This document shows positions 1-64,000 of a stretch of DNA of 64,000 nucleotides, piece after piece (position 1 is the stretch's first letter; every line of letters starts with the position of its first letter). The stretch is from positions 39,432,001-39,496,000 of the forward strand of contig NC_042997.1 of assembly GCF_006345805.1 (NCBI RefSeq), given 5' to 3'. The DNA comes from Octopus sinensis (Eukaryota). The translations under genes and the position numbers were made by a program. The notes under the pieces are model-generated. The model was not told the DNA's origin. It worked only from the letters and a program-made list of their open reading frames with translations, and made no database searches.

Positions 1-65
1 ACTGAGTAACCCCATGAATTTAGTAGATAAGATGGGTTTTTTTTTTGTATAGACATCATTATCTG

Positions 66-290
66 TTTCTTTATTACCCACAAGGGGCTAAACATAGAGG
101 GGACAAACAAGGACAGACAAACGGATTAAGTCGATTACATCGACCCCCAGTGCATAACTGGTACTTAATTTATCGACCCAGAAAGGATGAAAGCAAAGTC
201 GACCTCGGTGGAATTTGAACTCAGAACGTAATGGCAGACGAAATACGGCTACGCATATCACCCTGCGTGCTAATGGTTCTGCCAGCTCGC
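66..290 (-). mobile_element. tRNA-derived SINE family A
   Basis: Reverse complement of the copies at 50619 and 53996: ggcgagctggcagaa head, B-box-like gagttcaaattcc, core gcctttcatcctttcggggtcgataaa. Confidence 0.85.
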
Positions 291-1119
291 TGGCTTTTTA
301 AAATTTTTTTTTTTTGTATAATCATTATCATATAAAAATGCTTATTGTTAATCACGTGCAGGGTTCATTTTTATTTTGCTAATTTTGAAGTGTATTTATT
401 ATTGTTTTTTTTTTGTCATTTAAAAAGTTTATCACTAGACTTGAAACTAGGTAATCTCTGGTGTACCTTTTTAATCGTGAGTGCAATTAGAATCAGATGC
501 TTGATGACAAACATGTTAATGCACCAATTTTCAAGATAGAAATGTTATTCTTTTGTTATTGTCAAAGTTAATTTAAGATGAGGAAGTGCACTTATATGCA
601 GTCATGCTCATTTACTGGTCAACAGATTTAAGAACAATCAATATACTCCCAGTAAGAAAGTTTCTGAATTAAACAATTCTTATAGGTTCTTTATTTTGCT
701 TTACCTCTCTCTAATCTGGAATTATTCACCCCCAACTAATTCAGAGGTTTGAAACAAATAGTGGATTTCTTTTCATTGATAAACTGTTGGTAAATTTTTT
801 AAGTATTTTAACATTGTTAAAATACTGAATGGACATAGCATTAAATCACGAAAGAAAATTTTGTATTAGTCATATATTTCTGTGATCATGCAATTTTATA
901 ACTGAAATTGTTAAAGCGTAGTTATTCAGCTTTCTGTGATCTAATTCTTTGATGCATTCTTTTGAATTTTCTGATGACCAATTCTGAAAGGTTTCTAGTT
1001 TTACATTCAAAGTGTGCATGTGTGTATGCATAATAAACTTATGTGTATTACACATTCATTTGTCTAGGTTTAACTAGTACATACAACCTATGTCTACATA
1101 GCGTGGTTTTGCAATGTAT

Positions 1120-1169
<50 letters not shown>

Positions 1170-1835
1170 ATTATTTTATTTTTTCTTTGTGCTGTTTCAT
1201 AGTTACACAACCATTGCAGTATTCTCAGTTTAGAGATTAGTAGTACTTATTTACTGCTTGGCAGACCATGCTGTGTACTATTCTGTCTTGCTGGAGGTTT
1301 TCAAAAGTTGTTTGAGATGATAACCTTTAGGTTTAACCACCACAAATTAATTTTTAGCAGTGGATTAGTATAATTATCAAGTTCGTTTGTTGATCTACTG
1401 CCAGTTTTTAGTGCTTATATTAATTAGCTAATTTCAAGAACTGTTTCCAAATTAAATTTTTAATGAATTCAGTTTTCTGAAATTAGAAACTTCAATTTAA
1501 TTGTTGTAACATTCAAAGCCTTCCTGTATCATGATTTTTTTTAATGATGTTACTGTGTATTTTAACCTACAGTTATCCTTGAAATTTGCTAACAGAAGCA
1601 AGAACCAAAATGCTAATTACTACTGGAAGGAGGCAATTACCTGCCAATTAAATTAGTGATTAGTGGTAGACCACAATATAAGCTTGGTTGTATTGATGAT
1701 TTTATACAATTAACTATGAATGGTAGTTTTTCTCACATTGAAAATTATTTTACTTCCAGCTTAATGAAGGGTGTTTATTTATATATTCTAACTCCTCTAT
1801 ATACTACTAGATTAGCCTTGTATGTACTGTATATA

Positions 1836-1876
<41 letters not shown>

Positions 1877-2544
1877 ATATGTATATATGTATGGGGATAT
1901 AATTAATAAATATCCTAGAAACAGCTGTAAGACCTATCTATAAGTGTTTTCATATCTACACAGCCTTGATTTTTTTTATCTCATTGCGCAAAAAATTCTT
2001 ATATATATATGTGTGTGTGCGTATATATATTTCTCTTTTGTCAGTATATTTATAAATGGTAAATGATTCTTTTCATTAGTATTTTAATGCCATGATGCTA
2101 ATAAGTTTCAGTCAAAAGTTTTGAAGTTATATAAAGATATATAGCATTTTCTCCATGTTCTTGCATGGGTGGAAAAACTGATTTGACAATTGATGCCCTT
2201 TTTTGATGTTAACCATAGCGTTATGAAGTAGGAGTAGAGGCTTGGGGTTTTTTCTTTTCTTTCTTTAACTATTTTGCTGTTCAAGAAACTGAAGCAGAAA
2301 TTTATTAGCTTTACTTAGAAGCACAAATACAATGCCTGCAGTAAGAGGCAAACTTTAAACATTTTGGCCCATGGTCTTGTATTCTAACCATACAGCTATA
2401 TTGAACAGAATCAAGATAATGGTAGTAGTAGTAGTGTCACAATGCTTTGTAGCTTTTGTAAACTGGCCTTTGTATGCAGGAAGGTTTTAGGCTGGCCACT
2501 AATGTTGCTTTGTCAGTGTAATGAATGAATTAGCAAAACTGAGA

Positions 2545-2866
2545 AGGAAGCGGAAAGTGTAACCTCTCGAAAGAGCTGTTCTTCACTCCTGCTCCAGAGC
2601 GTTGGCTGTGGGGTCACTCTGAAAAGCTCTATCTGCGACGATTTCATCTCAATCGAAGGAGAGGGGCTTTCTCCGTTCGGGTTGTGGATCCGTGGAATAA
2701 GCTGCCGGACGAGATGGTGAAGATGCCGACGACCGCTCGGTTCAAAGTCTCCCTCGACCACAAGTGGCCTGAACTCTTTACATGAACACCACCCTGTACA
2801 TAACTCCATGTCCCCCTACATGGCCTTGCTTTTTGCTTTTTGAGCCAAAATTAACTAACTAACTAA
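2545..2866 (+). mobile_element. 3' end of a CR1/L2-type LINE (second family)
   Basis: Translates as ...GHSEKLYLRRFHLNRRRGAFSVRVVDPWNKLP...FKVSLD...*, typical of a CR1 ORF2 C-terminus; ends in a (taac)n tail. Confidence 0.8.
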
Positions 2867-4214
2867 TATATTTTTTAGTTGGCTAGTTCGGTGAAAAGGG
2901 AGTGAATTCTAGTTAGGCATGGCATGGTTGCTGAAAGTCAGCTTTTGACAAACGACCTGCACAAATAATTTGTTTATAATGATCCAATGTATGTGCTGTA
3001 CATTAGCTCACTCCTGCCATCGAATTGATGTTGCCTGAACAAGTGGTGAAGCAATCACAGAGCAATCAAGATGAAGTGTTTTACTCAAGAACATAATGCA
3101 CCACCCATCCTGGGAATTTGAAACAATGATCTCATGATTGTGAGTGTTCTTTATAAAGTAGTGCCATTAATTTTGGAGAATAGAAATGTCTATCAGTTTT
3201 GTGGTGTTACAATTCAATTAAGTATTCTTGGGTGGTAGACATAGTCTCTTGTCTGGTTTAGCACCACCACATGGCCCTTGAGCTTTGGGAGCCTTTAACA
3301 GAGTTCAATCTATTGCAGACATTCAGACTAGGTTTCTGGTTAAAGGATGTCTTTCTCTCTTTCACTCTCCTACCAGTCTCAAATGTCTTGAAAGAGGCCC
3401 TTACTCTTGACTAAATTGTGAATTTTTGTTCAGCAGCTAGCAATAGTCTAGAAAACAGCTCATATAATAAAATACAGCCACCGAGGAACCACTGTATGAT
3501 TGCTTAACCCTTGTAAATAATAGTCAGATCTTGTTTATTATACTTCACCTTAAAAATAAGTTAAGGACACTTTAGATAATGTGGCCCTAGATATACTGTC
3601 TGAAAAGGAGGGGAATATCCATGTTTTCTTTGGACATCAACCCGCAGAAATTGTAACTAAACGTCACTTACATTGACCTCATTTAGGTGTGCATCAAAAG
3701 GGTATAGTCCTCTATCATTTCTCTGAAGTGAAAACAATGTAAGTAGAATGGTTTTGAAGGAGCTTGAGCTAGTGGCTTGAGTTCCCTGTAAGTTATCTAG
3801 AACAACTTTATCTTTACAGTAGTTCACATACTTGAGAACCTTTCTATACTTGTCATTAGAGATACAATCTTCTTACACAATCTGATTAGCCAGTGTGTTT
3901 GCTATGAACCCAACTCAATGACATTAGGAAAGCAGATATATTAGCAATAAGCATGGTAGATACAGACCTAAGGACAGGTAGAAAGTGAAAAGAGTTTAAT
4001 AAAAGTTTTACACTTGTTTCAATACTCGCAAAAAATTGCAGACTTCCAAATGTTTGTGAATTTGGATTAAGAAACCAATTAGACATTGACATATTAAAGC
4101 TTCCATGTATATCAAAAACATTAATTTGGACAAATATTACTTCTTAGAGTTTACAAGTAATAGCATTTGATATTTATGGTTTTGTGCAGCCTTTATGTAT
4201 TTTTTGGCTTTTAC

Positions 4215-4310
4215 AAGATTGGAGCCTGGTGCAGCCATCTGGTTCGCCAGCCCTCAGTCAAATCGTCCAACCCATGCTAGCATGGAAAGCGGACGTTAAA
4301 TGATGATGAT
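4215..4310 (+). mobile_element. RTE-LINE 3' tail fragment
   Basis: ccaacccatgctagcatggaaagcggacgttaaa(tga)n, shared with the 3' end of the RTE at 6266-7370. Confidence 0.75.
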
Positions 4311-4974
4311 ATATATGTGTGTGTGTTAAAATAAACTTATTTTGGCTTGTCTTCTTTTCCCCTCACCTTTTTCTCACTTGTTTAATGTAATATGTAATGG
4401 CTCAAAGACTCTTGATTTATAATTGTAAATTCAGATTTGTCACAAGTGTAGGATTGTCTTCATAGCTTACTTGCAGCCAAACCTGTGCTAGCTACATATC
4501 TGTGTAGTGGCAAATCTGAAAGGAGAACTCTTGCAGCATAAACCTTTTAACAAACCACTGTTTCCAAATCAATGTGCTCCATTTTGAACCAAGAAATAGA
4601 TGGTTGTGTTAAATGTATAGGCCTATGTAAACAGGCAAAATTTAAAAAACAAAAAAAAAAAAAAACTCTATCACAATGGAATTCATTCACTTTTGCATGC
4701 TTTCTAAGTGTGTGTGTGTGTGTGTGTGTATGGGGGATTTGTGAGTGTATATGTAGAGAAAAATCAATATTCAGTTAAATAATTTATCAAGTTGTGAATT
4801 TGGAATTAGAATGGATTGTGATAGGCTTCAGAGCATTGATATAATAGCTGAAAAGTTGTTGGGAAGAAAATTATGGTGTTGAATATTGTTGCAATGTAAT
4901 CTCTCTTTCATTCTGAATTTCAAACTCACCTTCCTCTTCACATATTTTGCGAACCATTTTTGTGCATATGCATG

Positions 4975-5524
4975 CATGCGTGTGCACACACACTCACATA
5001 CACGCATTCTCCCTTGCACACATACACACACACACATTCTTTCTTGCACACACACATTCTCCCTTGCATACACACACATACTCTCTCTCTCTTGTGCACA
5101 CACATACTCTCTCGTGTATACACACCCTTTCTCCTGTGCACACATACACACTCTCTGTCATGCACACACTCTCTCTTGCACACACACACACACACACAGT
5201 CTCTCTCTCTCTCTCTCTTGCATGCACTCTCTCTTGCACACACACACACACATGCTTTCATGCACACACTCTCTCTCTCTTGCACACACCCACACACTCT
5301 CTTGCGCACTCTCTCTCTCTCTTGCACATGCACATACACACACACACACTCTCTTGCACACACACACACCACACACACTCTCTCTCTCTCTTGCACACAC
5401 ATACGCTCTCTCTCTTGCTTCCTCCCCCCTCTCTCTTGCACATACTCTCGCATGCATTCTCACTCTCTCCCTCACAGACATGCACACTCTGACTTTCTTA
5501 CACTCACATTCTCTCTCTTACATA

Positions 5525-5568
<44 letters not shown>

Positions 5569-5580
5569 CTCTCACACACT
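4975..5580. repeat. Compound (CA)n/(CT)n microsatellite punctuated by cttgcaca
   Basis: Directly visible; accounts for the overlapping HT/CV-rich spurious ORFs. Confidence 0.95.
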
Positions 5581-6100
5581 CTGTTTTAAGTTTTCCTTTA
5601 CCAAACCTCATGATATTGCTTCTAATAAGTCTTGATTTTTATGACTATACCAACTATGATTTCTGTCTGCTCCATCAGCCCTACCCCTAGCAGATACTGC
5701 CCCTTTGTTCTCTCAGCATTAGATATACGGAGGTTTTGATAAACTAGTCTATAAATTAAAAACTGACCTCATAAAAACAAAAACTCAGTGACAAGCAGAG
5801 CCTGTAACAATGTTCATATTCTTGATACCTTAGTAGCTTCTATGCTAGAGTGAAGGCAGCATGTTCTTTGTCTATCTCCTTAACTTCTTGGAGATTTTAG
5901 GTATAATTATACTAATGTGTCCATCTGTTTTAATTTAATTAAATTCTATGTCTTTGTGCAGCTGAGGATTGTTCTGCATTTTAAATTGATGTAATGGCTG
6001 CATTGTTCAATTAAATGGAGTTGCATGAAACGATTGTACTGCATTACCTCTGGATGTCCTTGTTGCTTATTTTGAGATATATATATATATACTACACTCT

Positions 6101-6250
6101 TGGATTGGTTGGCGTTAGGAAGGGCATCGAGCTGTAGAAACTTTGCCAGATCATATTGGAGCCTGGTGCAGCCTTCTGGCTTTCCAGCCCTCAGTCAAAC
6201 CATCCAACCCATGCTAGCATGGAATGTGGACGTTAAATGATGATGATGAT
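6101..6250 (+). mobile_element. RTE-LINE 3' tail fragment
   Basis: ttggcgttaggaagggcatc...gcatggaa...(tga)n. Confidence 0.8.
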
Positions 6251-6265
6251 ATGTACATAAACGTA

Positions 6266-7370
6266 CATCATCATCATTAAAATCTGTTATCCATGCTGGC
6301 ATGGCTTGGACGGTTTGACCAGTGCTGGTAAGCTCATGAGCTGCACCAGACTCCAGTATGATTTGGCATGGTTTCTACAGCTGGATGCCCTTTCTAATGC
6401 CAGTCACTTTACAGAGTGTGCTGGGTACTTTTATGTGGCACTGCCATGAGTGCTGTTTTAAGTGGCACTTGTACAGGACTCTTGTTGGTCAATCCTCCCC
6501 ATCAGTGGGACCGGACTTAACAAATCTACTGTGGATCATGAGTATTCTTGAGTACAGCATGGCACCAGGCATCCTCATCCTTTGTCATCTTGCCTGAAAT
6601 GTTCAGCATCCCGAGGTCATTCTTCAGTACTTTGCTCCATGTCTTCCTGGGTCTCCCACTCTTACATGTTCCATCTACTTTGAGAGATCAACACTTTATG
6701 AAGCTGTCGGCATCCATCTGCATCAAATGACCAAACCAACACGGTCTTCTCTCTTGCACACAGCATCTAATACCTCTTATGCTTAACTTCTCTCCCAATA
6801 CACTAGCACTCTGTTGAACATGAACACTTACATTACAAACCCAGCAGAGCATACTAGCCTCATTCTTCTCTAACATCTGCATGTCCTCAGCATTCAGGTC
6901 CCACAGCTCACTATCATATAGAATTGATGTCCATATACATGTATCACACAATCTTTCTTTCACTTGGAGAGAGAAACGTTTTGTGGCCAATAGAGGTAAA
7001 AGCTCTCTGAATTTCCTCCATCCTATTCTTATTCTAGCTATCACTCTCTCTCTCTCTGTGCAGCTTCCTTCATTACTAATTTGGTTCCCTAGGTAGCAGA
7101 AATTATCTACTACCTCTAATGAGCCACCAGGGCATTTGAGAGAATCAATTTTCTGAGTTTCTATAGTTTTTATGGATCCTGTGCATCTTCCACATACAAA
7201 CACTATACATTCTCTGATAGTCCTCCTATTAATCCACTGTACTTCTTGTGTGTCCATAGCTTACACTGAGTACACCATATGGAGTTCTTGCCTTCATCTT
7301 TCGTACAAATCGAACAGAGCCATCTACTTGAGTAGGGTAGTGTCCTGTCTACTTTATTGCTTACTAGGAA
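6266..7370 (-). mobile_element. 5'-truncated, degenerate RTE-clade LINE
   Basis: ORF 6688-7257 (LEVVDNFCYLG...ARIRIGWRKFRELLPLL...WFGHL) is an RTE RT C-terminus; the 3' UTR ends in (gat)n. Confidence 0.88.
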
Positions 7371-7573
7371 CTTAGTCTTGCTATATATACATATGTGTGT
7401 GTGTATATATACATATATATATATATATGCTTAGATTTATGTCTATCACTGTTTGAGTTGCATAATAGTGGTTTTATCTCTAATTTATATTTTATATATT
7501 TATATTGTGAAATTTGATTTAATACTAAATTGAATTTTTCCCTGTAAGTTTGGAGTTATTTTCCCTATTATTA

Positions 7574-7606
<33 letters not shown>

Positions 7607-7706
7607 TATTATTTTTATTATTATATATTATTATTATATTACATGTGTGGTGTAATATCTGTTTGCATTATTTACTTTAAATTACATTTTTCCTTATTTA
7701 TTTCAG

Positions 7707-62621
<54,915 letters not shown>

Positions 62622-64000
62622 GTGAATTAAAAAAAAATTTTTATCATATTTTATTAGCTGATCAATGAATGAATTGTATCCTAAAAATAATTGAACTTTT
62701 AAAAATGTATGTATAGTGGCTGAAAAGAGTTAGTTGATGTTCTCTATTAAACTTGTGAAAATAATTGGTAGAAAATCTGGGATATTATTCCAGACAAAGT
62801 TCCAAATAGTTATAAGAAAGATGGTGGTAAATCCAAATAGTTTTGGGAAAGTTTGATTCAGAAGTTAGTTTTTGATGGGGTTGGGATGAACTGACAGTTT
62901 CATAGAAGCAGAATTTTTTTTGTTGTATGAAACTAAAATAATCAAAAGTAGTTACTAGTGTGAAAATTTTGTCAGAAAGTTTATTATTTTTCTAAAATAC
63001 AGTACAGTTTATTGCTTTTTCAAGGTCTCTTATATGAAAGCAATTTTTTCATGGTGAAGTAGATTTCATTGCTTACATATTATACTTATTTGTGAATGAG
63101 ACACATTTCCCCCCCAACATTTTTAAACTTAAAAATTGTGGATGCACGTTATTTATGACACAAGTTACATCCAGTGTCAAAATTAACCAATGTATAATGA
63201 AAAGATGAAATCACTAAAATAATGTTACACTTTTCTATATAAGTGATAATATATTAGTCATTCATTTGATATATTAAGTAGACATCACACTAGCATATTG
63301 AAACTAGTCAGAGGTAAAATCTGAAACGGCAAAAAGAAAAAAAAAATTTCTATTTATAGTCTGTTATGTACTTCAGTTTGTGTATATGTGTTACAAGAAC
63401 AAACACTTAAAATTTTGTTTCAATAATCTTTTATAATAGACTTTCCAGCTGTGACCATCAGTCAATATATCATCATCATCTTTCAATATGTTAAACTGAT
63501 TTGATGAATATATAATTTATATAAAAATATTTTATTCTGCTAAATGATTTTAATGTATTAAACAGTATGTATATCACATAATCGAAAAACATTTTTTTAA
63601 TTAAAGAAATTGTCAGATCCTAAACTTCTGACAGTTAAAACAAAAAAAAAACAGACAATTTATTTTAAAAAGGAATTTAAAAAAAAGAATTTAAGCTAAA
63701 ACCTTTAGCATTCAGATTATTCTTTCATATGTAATGCTTATTTATTCACATTGTTTTGAATTATCTCATAGCTTTGAGATTTCACTGTTGTGGTTGTTTA
63801 TTTTCGGAATAACATGGTAGGGCAGGTATGAGAGGCTAGGACTGGCCAGTTTGAATATAAAACAGAATATTTGGGCCTGATATGTAGTAATATTGACAAT
63901 ATATAGTATTATAAAAATCAAATTGATTTTCTAGATAAAAATATAATTATGAGATTTCTACTACAATGTTGACCTTATTCAACAAATGTACTTTTTATAA

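Noticed and set aside
4828-5635. Overlapping ORFs of 75-249 aa
   Set aside because: Translations of a CA/CT microsatellite

Overview
AT-rich eukaryotic genomic DNA. The repeat families suggest an octopus or other coleoid cephalopod; this is inferred from recalled repeat types, not from a search. Most of the window is one + strand gene, the deubiquitinase USP47. I traced 31 GT-AG coding exons from 7707 to 62621 (4097 nt, about 1365 codons) with consistent phases and no stop codon. The Cys box ([12 protein letters not shown]), QHDVQE, His box (HSGSAAGGHYY) and FND motifs are intact. The first coding exon(s) and the last exon were not found and probably lie outside the window. The introns are dense with mobile elements: three tRNA-headed SINE families, RTE and CR1-type LINE fragments, non-autonomous Helitrons, TTAA (piggyBac-type) MITEs and a MITE with an 8-bp TSD. 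The most notable observations are a candidate minimal type I hammerhead ribozyme (Penelope/retrozyme style) antisense in an intron, two minisatellites derived from one CR1 family, two CR1 copies sharing the same non-LINE 5' junction, a SINE head joined to three different bodies, and inverted repeat pairs bracketing exons. Almost all short ORFs in the supplied track are spurious. Element boundaries are read by eye and are approximate unless a TSD or terminal motif is given.
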